Positions 12,038 through 24,281 of a DNA stretch of 64,000 bases are shown in pieces (the stretch's first letter is position 1; each line of letters begins with the position of its first letter). Under the pieces are notes generated by a model. It was not told where the DNA came from. It made no database searches and worked only from the letters and a program-made list of their open reading frames with translations. The stretch is from Stegostoma tigrinum (Eukaryota): positions 41,337,045 to 41,401,044 of the forward strand of contig NC_081361.1 of the NCBI RefSeq assembly GCF_030684315.1, written 5' to 3'. The position numbers and the translations under genes are program-made.

Positions 12038-13987
12038 ATGTTCTACATTTGGTGTTTTTAGTTGCAGGGTCCTTGGCCAATAAGAGAACGTGGCATTTGA
12101 ACCCTTTGTCTTAGGTGCAGCCATGATCATACTGAAAATAATTAGAAAGGGTTTTAAAAATCATTGAGAAACTTTAATATTATTTATAGATTCATAGAAT
12201 CCTTATGGTGTGGAAGCAGGCCCTTCGGCCCAACAAGTCCACACCGACCCTCAGAGCACGCCACCCAAGACCCATCCTGACTAATTTGAAATTAAAGACG
12301 CTTTTGGAGTTTGAAAAACATCTGCAAATCCATGTTGCTTCAACTTGGAAACAAGATCCATTCGTGACTTTATACTAAGATTCTTGATCTTAGGATCTGT
12401 CTCATGCTTTGTGACACGGGGTGTTGGCATCACTGGATGTGAGTAGTGTCGTGGAAGGAAACAGTGCAAGTGATAAGTCTCACAATACGCACCATTTGGT
12501 TCATCCTGTGCAAAGAGTATAATCCATGGCAAACTTTACAGCAGTGGACTGAGAAGGATACCATTGATCAGTCTTACATACAATTTTTTTTAATGCCTGT
12601 AATTCTGAAACATTATCCTCTGTATTGAATAGTTAGAAATAGACTACTCCAACATATTCAGTTTCTTTGTCGGCCCCCTTTCTCTCTCAAAAGTTCACAG
12701 ATTGCTTATAAAGAAGGCCTCTTGATCAAAATCATGTGGAAACATCTGCAAATTGAATGGTGCAGGCTGGACTGGCAATCTTTGTTTCCCAACATGTATT
12801 AAATGGCCAGTTAGGGTAGTGGAACCTGAACTAATCAAGACAGTAAAAGCTGTCCCATTGAGGAATGGTTAAGGAGGGTCAAAAAAGTTGTATGCTGGAG
12901 GAAGTACTGCAAAAGTTCATTAAATGAATCTCTTAGATTGGGGGAGAAAGCCTGAACAAATTAGGTCTATATTCTCTGAAGTTTAGAAACGTGCGAAGTG
13001 ATCTTATTCAAACATACAAAATACTGAAGGATCTTGACGGGGTAGACGCCAAGCGGTTGCTTCTGCTAGTCGTGGAATCTAACATGCAGAGGGCACAATC
13101 TCAGGATGAGCAATTGAACATAAAACTAAGGAAGTTACCCTTCAGTTACACAGGACACTGATAACCATATCTTGAATACCATCTGCAGTTTTGAGTCTCC
13201 TTATTTACCAAAGGATATTAATCAGTTGGGAGCAATTCAAAGGAAGTTTACTAACTTGAGTTTTGGAATAGGTATGGGGTCTTATGAGGAAAAGTTGGAC
13301 AGACAGGGCTTGTTTCCTTTGGAGTTTAGATGATTGAGGAGTGACTTGATTAAAGTATAAAAAATCCTGTACAGTCTTGGTAATGTTTATATGGGGGAAA
13401 AAAAGACTACCCTCTTATGGATGCGTGCAGAACTAGGGATCACCCCTTTTAGAACAGAGTCAAAGAGAAAATCTTTCCCTCAGAGGGTTGAGACACAAGA
13501 ACTCACTTCCTCAGAAGGCAGTGAAGATGGAATCATTGAATACTTTTGAAGCAGAGGTGAGATTGATTTTAGCTCAGTAAGGAAGTCAGGCATTATAAGG
13601 AATCGATGGAAATATGTAATTCAAAACACAAACAAATCTACCACGATGTTACTGAATAGAGGAGGCCAGAATGACATACTTCCATTCCCAATTCGTGTTT
13701 CCATACGAGGGAATCGATTATCTACGACTGAGATGGGGCTAGGTTTCTTCACTCAGTGTTGCGAATATTTGCAGTGATTTTTTCTGAAATTAGCAAAGTT
13801 TCCATTGTGGAATACGTTAAAAGCTGGGGCAGACATATTTATCGTGTCTCAGGAAATCGAGGGATAAGGGAAATAAACAAAAAAGTAGAGTTAAAACCCC
13901 AAATTAGCCATGGTTGTATTGACACGGGCCATATAGCTTACTCTTGCTCCCATCTCTTGTGTTGTGTTCAAACCGTCTTGCCCTTAC

Positions 13988-14312
13988 CCTCTAACATCTT
14001 GGTTCTCTGGTGGAACGTGTAACACGGCTTCTCTTTATACAGCGGCATTTCCTCATATTTGGGCCCCCGGCGATGGAACGGGTCTTCCCATCCTCTATCC
14101 CATTTAGGGCATTTGGGGTCGGCAAGGCCTGGCACATAGTGCATCCTGTCCCAGTAAGTAATGGGTTCCAGCCCAGGAATTTCCACCGGCTCCGGCCTTT
14201 TCTGCGGCCGTTGGGCCTGGACGGACAACCCGGCGGCGATATGGAGGGAACGGCAACCTGAAAAAGCAGGGACTAAATTTCCCGCTCGGACATGCGAGGC
14301 TCCACTCCACAT
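13988..14312 (-). CDS. MRPL37: MRPL37 coding exon 1 (with probable mitochondrial targeting peptide)
   Basis: ATG at 14312. Reads MWSGASHVRAG...EIPGLEPITYWDRMHYVPGLA...WDRGWEDP...PLYKEKPCYTFHQRTKMLE, which matches mL37 motifs. Donor GAG G|gtaagg at 13988/13987, phase 1. The N-terminus is Arg/Ser/Ala-rich and lacks acidic residues. Confidence 0.95.
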
Positions 14313-14600
14313 CACGACAAATTAAGAGGGAAAGAAATCCACCAGTTATTCCGAAGCTTCAGGACCAAAAGAAAATCAAGCTCGGCCGCGTTACTTTGAC
14401 AACGAGCTTCCGAAGGACATGACGCGTCTTGAACCTTGACCTCAAAGCGCCAGATTTGACTGACATTGGAAGTAGCCATACAGATAGACAGTACTGCGAC
14501 ATTTCGCCAATGACAAGAGTGTCCGTCCAGTAGGCGGGGTCAGCGGTGACGGTTGATGACGGTGCGAGGTGTTCGGGTTGACCTGGTCGTTGAGTGGATT
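14313..14600. promoter_or_regulatory. CpG-rich putative bidirectional promoter shared by MRPL37 and CYB5RL
   Basis: CpG density is locally high against a CpG-poor background, between divergent genes. Contains a DR1-type repeat TGAACC-T-TGACCT (14430-14442), a TGACG half-CRE (14420-14424) and a GC box AGGCGGGG (14532-14539). Confidence 0.65.
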
Positions 14601-15169
14601 GTTTCTTGAGCCCAGACCAATAAGTTCAGATGGGATCTGCAGATCTACTTTTGTGCCAGCTGAGACCTGTTCATTAGTGAGCTCCTGTCTTACTTTAAAA
14701 TAACGATTTCCTTTTTTTCTCCGTTCGCTGTGTATAATTAGAACACCAGCTTCGGTCATGTGAGGCTTGGATGTTTTGCTCAGTTATTTTCGTAAAGGAG
14801 AAATTGAAAGAAGAATGAGTGCGCTTTTGTTAAAACTCTCGTGTTCTCAGGCCACCCATGCGTGCCAACGAACTTCTTTTGAAGAGTAATCACTTTATTC
14901 TGCCTGGTTTCAAACACGGTTTGCCAGTTTGCAAACAGCGACGTAGTAGCAGAGGCAAGTACAATTGCAACATTGGAAAGGCATTTGGAGAGGTTCACGA
15001 ATAGGAAGTAGATGCCTATGACTCTATTACCTACACAGGGATCAAGAATACATGTCGACCAGGATATCAGGAATACTCACGCCTCTTTGAGTAACAATTA
15101 AGGTCGACTTGAGGAGGCCGATTCTTTTCTCTATTAAAGTAAAACAAAGAACTGCAGATTTGGAAGATA

Positions 15170-15740
15170 AGAGTCTTAGAGATATACAGCACGGAAACAG
15201 ACCCTTCAGTCCCACGTATCTATGCCAACCAGATATACTGAATTAATTTGGCTACATTTGGCCCATGTCCCTCTAAACCCTTCTAACTCGTACACCTACT
15301 CCAATGACTTTTAAGTGTTGTATTTGTACCAGCCTCCACTGTTTCCTGTGACAGATCATTCCATACACACACCACCCTCTGTCTCTCAAATCTGTCCTTT
15401 AGGCCCCTTCTAAATCTTTCCCCTCTCACCTTAAACCCTTGCCCTCTAGTTTTGGACTCCCCCACTCCAGGGAAAAGACTTTATCTATTTATCTTATCCA
15501 TGCCCCTCGTGATTTTACAAATCTCTATAAGGTCACCCCTCAGCCTCCAGTGCTCCAGGGAAAATAGCCCCAATCTATTCAGCCTCTCCATATAGCTCAA
15601 AACCTCCAACTCTGGCAATATCCTTGTAAATCTTTTCTGAATCCTTTCAAGTTTCACAACATCCTCCCAACAGCAAGGAGACCAAAATTGCATGCAGTAT
15701 TCCAATAGTGGCCTAACCAATGTACTGTGCAGCCTCCCAG
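15170..15740 (-). mobile_element. CR1 LINE 3' fragment
   Basis: VRPLLEYCMQFWSP...LERIQKRFTRILP...LRGDLIEICKI. Confidence 0.85.
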
Positions 15741-15932
15741 CTGAAACAGAAGTTGCTGATGAAATTCAGCAGGTTTCTGTGGGAAGAAAGCAGAGTTAAC
15801 GTTTCAAGTCCAGTGTTCAGAAGTTCTGATAAGTTCTAATGAAGAGTCACTGGATCTGAAACATTAAATCTACCTTGTTCCCACAGATGCTGCCAGAGCT
15901 GCTGAATTTTGCCAGCGATTGTTATTGTTTTT
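15741..15932. mobile_element. Mini Penelope fold-back (family 2); its tail (about 15141-15168) is separated from it by a CR1 insertion
   Basis: Inverted arms meet at TTCAGAAG/TTCTAATGAAGAGTCACTGGATCTGAAAC; homologous to 54860-55050. Confidence 0.7.
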
Positions 15933-16229
15933 TTATTGTCGGGTGTTGGTGTTGCTGACATTTATTGCACATCCCTAGAAGGCTTTCAGAAGATGATGAA
16001 GACAAACTTGCTAGACAGTTCAGCGCACAGTTGAGAGTCAATACATTAACTTGAATGGATGTGACACATTGATTAGACATGGTAATGAACGCAGGTTTTC
16101 TTCACTAAATGAAGTTCACTAAACTAGTGAACCAGTCAGGAGTCACTTTTACTGATGGCAGTTTTATTTTCTTTACTTTAAAATGCTGATATACTCTGAT
16201 CACTGACACCATTCCTCTACATGACATCT

Positions 16230-17145
16230 ATCTGCTGCTGAACCAAATTGTTTGAAACCTTGGTGTCATATTTGATCTCAAGATGTGCTATCTGTAAGAC
16301 TGCCTACCATAACTATTATTGCATCTTGCTCTGTGCTGACCTGAGTTCACCTACTGTTGAATCCTTCATCCATGCATTTACCCTCTTCAGACTTGACAAG
16401 GTACTGTGGCCAGCTTGTCGCGTTTTCCCACCATTGTTCATGATGCTTTCCCATTGTTCACCTTCCATTGTTGCCAATACCAGACTCTGACTGCAGCTTT
16501 TCTAGTGGTTCTGTGTTCTCAGCTCAACTTCAAGTCCATAAAATGCTGGTGTTCCCTGTTTCCCTTTGGACAAATTCATTGGCTTTTTGCTCTGTCCACC
16601 TGATCCTTAGAACTGTTTGTCAGAATATCATTTCAAAAGCTGCAACTTCTTCTCCTCAGTCTTATTTTCAGTTCACACATCAGTCCAGCTCTGCTGCTTG
16701 TGTCATTCGTTATTCACACTAAGTTCTATTTGCCATCAACTGTGTAATTGCTGATTGGTATTAGCTCCCAAATGCCTCAATTTTAAAATTTACATTCTTG
16801 TTTTCAAATCCTTCTGTAACCTCCCTTACTTTTTCAGCCTCACAATCCTCTGTGATATTTGTATTCCTCTAAGTTCTGATCTCTTGAACATCTCCGAGTT
16901 TAATTTCTCCATCATTGGTGGAAATGCCTTTGGCTGCCTTGGCCCTTAGTGCTAGAATTCTATCCTCATAAGTCTCTCAATTTCTCTACTTCACTTACCT
17001 CTTTCAAAATACTTCTTAAAACCTACCTCATTGACCAAGCTTTTTGTCATTTGCTGTCATGCCTCACCATCAAATTTTGCTTAATAGTGGCATTGTGAAG
17101 GGCCTTGAGTTTTTTTTTACAGTAAAGGTGCTATATAAAAACTTC
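16230..17145 (+). mobile_element. L2-like LINE 3' fragment
   Basis: Degenerate ESFIHAFTLFRLD and NFKIYILVFKS remnants; ends AAAGGTGCTATATAAA. Confidence 0.55.
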
Positions 17146-17647
17146 GTTGAATTTCTCAAATTGCTGCAGTGCTGACTGGTTCTATAGGAAATTCTTCCAA
17201 TGCAAGTTGTTCTGAAATGTGGAATCGACTTGATAAACGCAAATCATTAGCTCTGGTGTACTCCGGTGTGAAATATTGAGACACTTATGTGTCACTTATG
17301 ATTTTGCCCATGTTTCTCAACTGTGGATGTGATAATAAGCTTGCCTAACCACTACCACAGTAATTCCAGTAAAGAAAGCGAATATTTATTCAGTTTGCAC
17401 AATTATTTCAGTATACTTCTCGCTCACGTATGATGGTAAATTACTGCAGAATCTAAAAATAAATGTGGTAATGCAATTCAATGTTTTCTTTAAAAATTAT
17501 CTTCAAAATTCTTTGCTGTTGAAAATACAAGTCAAGATATAATTTGTAAAATCTGCGATGAATTTTTATGTTCTGTTCTCAAAAATTTAAGGATAAGAGC
17601 TATAGGCACTCAGGTTTTGTTTTTATTTCTAATGTATTTCGCAGGTG

Positions 17648-17821
17648 ATGGCAGACAATGAGGATGAATGGCTTTCTCTTCAGCCCCAAGAGCCCCTGCC
17701 CTCCCAGTGTTGTGGTAGTGGATGTAAACCATGTGTATTTGATATTTATGAGCGGGAACTCAACCAATGGAAACAGGCAAAAGCAAAAGGAGATCAAAGT
17801 TTTTTGAGTCAGAGCTCTGAG
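17648..17821 (+). CDS. CYB5RL: NADH-cytochrome b5 reductase-like, coding exon 1 (N-terminal CCGSGCxPCVFD oxidoreductase-like domain)
   Basis: Acceptor ttcgcag at 17644, ATG 17648. Reads MADNEDEWLSLQPQEPLPSQCCGSGCKPCVFDIYERELNQWKQ... Donor GAG|gtgaat, phase 0. Confidence 0.93.
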
Positions 17822-18872
17822 GTGAATATAGTTGAGAGATTTTTTTCAAGGTTGTGTTGTAAGTCAAAAATCAGCCTTTTAACTGATGAAAACAAAGATT
17901 CTCACCATGCTTTCCCCTTCTGCCTCTGGCCTCCCTATTGCATGTCCTGATGGACAAATGGGTAAATGAGCCATGTTCCTGGACTGTGCAAACCAGAAAG
18001 TTCTGAATCAATATTGAGGTAAACCTTAATGAAGTTTGTGTGCCTGATGAAATCTGGATCAGGTTTATCATTGATCCCATATATTGTGACAACCTGTTGT
18101 GAGTTGTCTGAGTCATATTCAACAAATTCCCATTTGGCTGTTAAAGCGCATTAGGAATTTAGAGTATGTTCCCCTTTGAAATTTAGCACCTGAGGACAGA
18201 AAGTGAGATTGACATCCCCTCAATCTTCATGTCTAAAATAAAATGATTTGTATATTGTAGACCTGAGTATAGTTATTAATTTTAATAAGTATCACTTGAA
18301 CATATGTCAGGCCCTTGATAAGTTGTGCAACACCTGGAGATCCAAACTGTGCCAAAAGAAGAAGAACATAAGTGAGACAGATACATACTGAATGTAATGC
18401 AGATTTGACAAGGCTTAAAGCCAACAATTCCAAAATTCTTTGGTGACTACATCGTGGAATAGTTTATTGGGTCCTGGGACAGGTTAGACAGGGAGTAGAG
18501 TTCAATGATACTGACCCTGGAAAATGTGTCAATGCGTGTCCAAACATAAGTCCAAAACCTGTGTATAAAGCACACATTCTAACACAATGACAAGTCTACA
18601 AATAGGACACTGACATATTTTTAATATTTGGGACAGTCAATAGTAAACTATTTTGGAACTGAAACTAAAAGGTTTCTATGTCTACTAACCCTTCACACCA
18701 ATTATTACAAACTTGCAGTTGCACAGAATGCTGTTGTAAAATCATACAGTTTATAAAGGAACATTCCACTTTGACTACAATAGTCTTATTTTGATAAATG
18801 ACACTGCTTTTCATCAGGACCATTTTTTTAAAGTAAAGAACAAAGTTTACTTTGCCAGATTACAATAACAAT

Positions 18873-19015
18873 GTCAGAAATCACACCTGAGTGTTACTCA
18901 GAAAAAATGAGGCTCCGAAAGCTTGTGTTTTCGAATAAACCTGTTGGACTATAACTTGGGGTCGTGTGATTTCTGACCTTGTCCATCCCTGTCCCAAAAC
19001 CGGCACCTCCACATC
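18873..19015 (+). mobile_element. Mini Penelope pLTR fragment (family 3)
   Basis: GCTCC-GAAAGCTT-GTG (3' half of a hammerhead, AGCU palindrome) plus AATAAACCTGTTGGACT, with a short inverted 5' piece GTCAGAAATCACAC. Homologous to 33205-33322. Confidence 0.65.
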
Positions 19016-19211
19016 GTAGAATATTAATGACATGGATGATAGAAGGTGAAATCCAAACACTGGATTGTGGTAGTTATCTCAAAACCATCTTAATTTGAGC
19101 ACAAATGAAAGGATTCATGGATCTTAGTCTTCCTTGTTTCAGTTTTGAACAGAAATCTGATAACATTGGCCATTATTAATTAGAAATATCTTATTTCTTC
19201 TCTTGTTTCAG

Positions 19212-19369
19212 CCAACTCAAAATGACTTGCAGTTAATTGGACGTGAGAAATGGAGTGTTTTTCAGATAGAGTCTGTGGAGCAGCAGACAGCTGATGCTTA
19301 TCTGTACAGATTCCAACTGCCCAGTGGTTGCTGTCTTGGGTTAACTGTAGGACAGCACATTGTAGCCAG
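19212..19369 (+). CDS. CYB5RL: CYB5RL coding exon 2
   Basis: tttcag|CCA...GCC AG|gtaag. Reads PTQNDLQLIGREKWSVFQIESVEQQTADAYLYRFQLPSGCCLGLTVGQHIVA (FAD-binding domain, LGLxxGQH motif). Confidence 0.9.
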
Positions 19370-19439
19370 GTAAGAGATTTGCAGAGTATTTATGCGTATG
19401 TAAGGTTTTAGATATTCAGAATAATTCTATGGAAAAGGT

Positions 19440-19820
19440 AAAAAATAATTTAGATTGTATAGCAGGTTTCACGACTGCTAACATTTCAAATGGCTAGTAA
19501 AATACTTTTTAAATGTGAGTCACTGGTGTAGGAAATGCTACAACTAGTTTGCACACAGCATTTTGTTAATGATTAGATGTTACATGTGATGTTGATTGGA
19601 ACACAGTTATTGGCTAGTACATTGAGGATGACTCTTCCATTCTTTTTCAAAATAGTGCAATGGGATCATTTATGTCATCCAAACAGGATCTTTATTTAGC
19701 TTCTCATGCAAAGGAGAACATCTCCAACAGTGCAATATTGTCTTGATACTAGAGTGTCAGCTTTGAATTTTGTGCTCGAGCCTTGGATTTGAAAACTTCT
19801 TTGAAGGATAATGAGAGTTA
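19440..19820 (-). mobile_element. DeuSINE (SacSINE1/AmnSINE1-like) remnant; related pieces at 41070-41320 (-) and 63870-63990 (+)
   Basis: Reverse complement GATCCCATTGCACTATTTTGAAAAAGAATGGAAGAGTCATCCTCAATGTACTAGCCAATA resembles the Deu-domain as recalled. Confidence 0.5.
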
Positions 19821-21557
19821 CCAGAGTTTATTACCAGGATAAAACGCAGCTGTAACCGGAGATGCTGCACCTGATTTTAACTCTGTGCAAGTAGAGGAGC
19901 TTTGCGCATTTTAAAATTTCACACATTTTACAAACAGATTACTTTGTTGAAAATGACATTTATGATTGTGACTCACTTACAAGTTATTGACTGCATTTTT
20001 CAAATGCAGACTTTTTGTCCTTCTCCCTGTTTATTGATACCCACTGGTATAATCAAATTAAAAAATATTATGACAAACTGATCTTCAGCAACGTAACAGG
20101 AAGAGTTTATTGAATATTTTAATCAAGTTTTAAATGGTAGCTGTTCCAGTGAAGAGATGTTTGGGGCTAATTTTATCTAAACTAGATTGTTTGCAGAATT
20201 TAAGAATATTTTACTGGACTTGTTTTCATTATAGAAATGCTGCTGATATTTCAGTGGTACTACAAGGTTTTTTGACCTACAAGAGGGTTTCTTCCATGTA
20301 GAAATGGTAAAAGTAGCGGAACTGGGGAGAATGGGAGTCAGGGATCGCTGTATCAGTGATTGAGATACACACACAGAGGGAGGGGGCCATTGGAGATGCT
20401 GAGGCTAAAGGGTCAACTTTTAAATCCCAAAATGACCAAGTACCTGATCTGGAAAGTTTATAGGATGTGTGAAATTGAGAAAAGGAGGGGGGGTTTGTGG
20501 CAAATAACTTGAGGAAAAAATGGGCAAGCAGGGATTACTTGAGATTAGTATGGCTGAGGCCTTATTCAGATTATTTGGACAAATAATTAGCCAATAATTG
20601 CAATTTTATTTCTCATGTTGCATCCTCTTTAAATGAACTTCACAAGTATGCAGGCAAAATCATCCTTACTGGACTGGACACTGGCCAAAAAGCATCTCTG
20701 CCACCAAGTTATGTTTTCTCAACTCTCAAATGGCCAACCTTTGTATTTCAAAGACACATTCCAATGCAGCTGTATTGACATTAGTGAATGGGAGGAACTT
20801 GATATCTATAGTTCAAAATGATCAATAACTTGTCCATTAAACTACATCACATCAGAAGTTTGATGCCTTGATGATGAGACAGAGCGGTAACAGCAAAGGA
20901 GAGAAAACGAAAAAAAAACAGATCCCTGTACTGCATAGAACATTCTGCCAATGTCCCCAGCAGCTGTGGGTCAAGAAACAATTGGCTCAGTCACATGAAG
21001 GCTCATGTTAGAAACTTATAACCCTGAGTAGTCATCCTCAAATTGAAGGATAGCTAGCAATGATAGTGCGAATTGAAGGTGTTTGGAGTACTGTTGCTAG
21101 AATAAACCAGTGTTCCATGGAGGGAAAAACTGAGTCAGGTCTAAAGACACCACCTCTGGGTGTGGAGGTTCGTGCACAAGAGCCAGAGGAGCAAAAGAAC
21201 AGCAAGGGTAGTAGTTATACAAGTTAAATTGTTACAACCAATGGTTAAAAAGTTACAAGTTTGGGATACAAGATGAGAGAATAAAATTGACTTTGAAATA
21301 TTGAAAATTTTACTGATTTGCACTAAAACATGAGCAATAAAAAAGAGGAGACAGGGAAAAAAAAGTGAATATAGCTGTAACATCATTGAAAAAGGGCATT
21401 AGTTGTTTGAAAAGAACCTTAAATGTTAAAAGTTTAACAGATTTCCCCAGGCCACACATGTTATTTTACATAGTGGAATTTCTCCAATGTTTTAATGAAC
21501 ATAAATTTGATTATTAGCCAAAGATTTTAATTTAATTGATTTCTGATTAATTGAAAG

Positions 21558-21645
21558 GGGAATTATCAATGGTATGGAAGTTCAGAGAGCGTACACTCCA
21601 GTGAACCCTGTGGATGCAGAAGGTTACTTCGAGGTTCTCATAAAG
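21558..21645 (+). CDS. CYB5RL: CYB5RL coding exon 3
   Basis: gaaag|G GGA...AAG|gtact. Reads (R)GIINGMEVQRAYTPVNPVDAEGYFEVLIK with the RxYTP FAD-binding motif. Confidence 0.93.
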
Positions 21646-21899
21646 GTACTGTGTCTTTGCTGCACTGTAGTCAGAATATTACATTTTCATTACTGTAATT
21701 GAGCGATTAATCGGGTAACAGATGCTACAGTGCTAAATTTTAAAGTTTAGCATGTTTCATCTATAACTTAATAATACTCTAAAAGTAATTCATTGCGTGA
21801 AGCATTTTGTGAGTCTTGAAAATGTTGTTATTTCGAACATTCTTGAGTATGTTATTATGTATTGTACAAAGCAATCGTTTCATTTTGTCTTTACAATAG

Positions 21900-22004
21900 A
21901 TTTATGAAGACGGATTAATGTCTCAGTATGTGAAAACTTGGAAGGAGTTTGATAGTGTGTGCTGGCGGGGCCCTTTTGGAGGTTTCCCATACAAATCAAA
22001 TCAG
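21900..22004 (+). CDS. CYB5RL: CYB5RL coding exon 4
   Basis: aatag|ATT...CAG|gtcaat. Reads IYEDGLMSQYVKTWKEFDSVCWRGPFGGFPYKSNQ (GxMS and RGPFG motifs). Confidence 0.93.
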
Positions 22005-22235
22005 GTCAATTACTCAGCAGAAGTATTCGCAATTTAGAATTTTAATAATAATTGTAAAATTTGATAGTACACAATGATGTAATTCAAATACTTGTTGTGA
22101 TTAGCTAGAAACAGAAATCAATAATTCCTGTAGACTTTTTTTTACAGCCCATCATTCCTAAAGACATTGCAGTGTAGTCTGTGAGAGTTCTTAATTCCAA
22201 TTGAGTCTTTTCTCACCAAAGATAACAGTAGAGAT

Positions 22236-22435
22236 GGTCAGTTAGCTCATTTGGCTAAATGGCTGGTTTGCAATGCAGAGTGACACCAACAGCATGGGTT
22301 CAACTCCAGCATCACCATGAAGGACTCTCTTTCTTAACTTCTTCCCTCACTTGAGGTTTGGGAACCCTAAGGTTAAACCACCACCAGTTGTCTGTTTATA
22401 ATAAGGGAGCAGTCCTGTGGTCCGACAGCAGAATC
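22236..22435 (+). mobile_element. tRNA-derived SINE-like repeat
   Basis: GTTAGCTCATTTGG (A box) ... GGGTTCAACTCC (B box), followed by a non-tRNA body. Confidence 0.5.
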
Positions 22436-22637
22436 ATAACTTTATTTTAATCCATGCACAAATATAACTGTTGTAAAGAAATAGTAGTATCAATCTCTAA
22501 TTAATAATCTGCAAACTTTCTTACTTTAACATTGACAGTTTAAAACAATAGATAAATTGTACAAAATTTATGAAGTTTATTAATGTAAAGATCAAGGTTT
22601 TACTGTGTATTGACACCATTTACTTTATATTTGGCAG

Positions 22638-22841
22638 TATGAGCAGCTGCTGCTATTTGCCTCAGGGACTGGTATAGCTCCGATGATATCTTTGATCCAA
22701 TATATTGTAGCAAATGAAGAAGATGAAACTTTTGTCACCTTGGTGGGCTGCTTCAGGACTTTCCAAGATATCTATATGAAGCCTCGACTTCAGGAACTGG
22801 CAGCTTATTGGAATGTAAAAATATTGTTTGTTCTCAGTCAG
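22638..22841 (+). CDS. CYB5RL: CYB5RL coding exon 5
   Basis: ggcag|TAT...CAG|gtaag. Reads YEQLLLFASGTGIAPMISLIQYIVANEEDETFVTLVGCFRTF...WNVKILFVLSQ (GTGIAP NAD-binding motif). Confidence 0.95.
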
Positions 22842-23164
22842 GTAAGATCACACAATAGCTTAGACATTGCAGCTGGCAGCAAAATGTGATTCTCTCCATT
22901 GATCTGAAGAAAATTCTCCTCAGTAATCTAGAAAACTCTGCTCTGGATTTTCTCTTTCCCTAAGTCAATTTAAAGAAGATACCATATCAACAACATCTTT
23001 AGGTGCATAACAATAGTGGTATCATCAAGTATGATAAGCAAAATTATTACATTGAAGAATTATCACACATAGCAAATGAAGTAACATTTAGAATTTAGAA
23101 ATTCTCCCTTCTTGTGCCTGCTTTGTGTCTACGTCGACTCGAAAGGCATCTATAGTGCATTTCT

Positions 23165-23945
23165 TAAAGTAAGATAAAGGACAGGGGCATGACAAATAAT
23201 GAAAAGCAGGACAATGAAAATAAATGTACAAATAAGAAGGTGGGTAGGGGAGAAATGACCAGTCATGAAGCAGGAAGAGAGAGAAATGCAAAGGGAAGAG
23301 GGAGAATGAAGCGAGTGAGGGAGGAATGGGAGAATGAGAGAAATAAGTGAACAGAGTGAAAGAGAAAAAAAACAGTGAAATAAGTTGGCAGAGAGAAACA
23401 GAAATGTAAAAGGCAAAGAAAAAGAACAAGACACAAGTGAAAGAAGGGAAATAGAAATGTAAACATTGTGGAGAATAGAGTATAGAGACAAGTACAGAGG
23501 AGGAGGTGAAAACAGACACAAAAGTGGAGGAAAGAGAACATGAGAAGCAAAAAAAATCCGGAAGGGATAATAAAAGTAATTAGGTTAGATTCCCTACAGT
23601 GTGGAAACAGGCCCTTTGGCCCAACAAGTCCACACCGCATCCCACCCAGACCCATCTCTCCATAACCCACACACCCCTGAACACTACGGGCAATTTAGCA
23701 TTGCCAATCCACCTAATCTGCTCATCTTTGGCCTGTGGGAGGAAACCGGAGCACCCGGAGGAAACCCACGCAGACAAGGGGAGAATGTGCAAACTCCACA
23801 CAGACAGTCGCCCGAGGTGGGAATCGAACCTGGGTCCCTGGCGGTGTGAGGCTGCAGTGCTAACCACCGAGCCACTGTGCCGCCTAAATGCAGGGAATTA
23901 AAAAAGAAGAAGTGAGAAAATGGGGATATATATAAGAGGAAGCAG
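23165..23945. repeat. Purine-rich low-complexity tract in the last CYB5RL intron (split by a SINE)
   Basis: Strong A/G bias on the + strand. Confidence 0.7.
23578..23884 (-). mobile_element. HE1-like tRNA-derived V-SINE (well preserved)
   Basis: GGCGGCACAGTGGCTCGGTGGTTAGCACTGC...GGTTCGATTCCC head, V-domain TGTGTGGAGTTTGCACATTCTCCCC, and a CR1-type tail GGGCCTGTTTCCACACTGTAGGGAATCTA. Confidence 0.87.
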
Positions 23946-24281
23946 AACGGAACTTGTTGCATATTTACTAGTCATTCCAGAATCTCAAACTAGAGATGAT
24001 GAGAAATATTTTGGTCCAACTAACAAAGACCATCCTCAATAAGAGACAATTATTGACAATCATCAACAGATATAAAAATATCACAGATTACTTCTGGTTT
24101 GTGATTGAACAAATGGATGATAGAGATGGAATCAGTCTGCTTTTGACAATTTTGTCCAATTAAAAACAACTTATTGCCTAAGAAATCAACTGAAGTTGTA
24201 ATGAGAACACAAGCAACCCAGTTATTAAGCACAAGCTTCATCCACATTTGTATTAATTATTGATAACTTAAATTATTTTAG

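Larger units (their letters stand above)
10130..13960 (+). mobile_element. Cluster of old CR1 3'-half fragments (10130-10780, 12700-13700, 13730-13960)
   Basis: Degenerate VTSGVP..SVLG and LEFRRLRGDLI..YKIL coding remnants and CR1 3' UTR. Confidence 0.6.

Noticed and set aside
23088-23670. Long Phe/Leu/Ser-rich minus-strand ORFs resembling membrane proteins
   Set aside because: Artefact of the pyrimidine-rich low-complexity strand plus a SINE.
23810-23884. tRNA gene (likewise 11160-11231, 34135-34206)
   Set aside because: The tRNA-like heads continue into SINE body and LINE tail; no complete cloverleaf.
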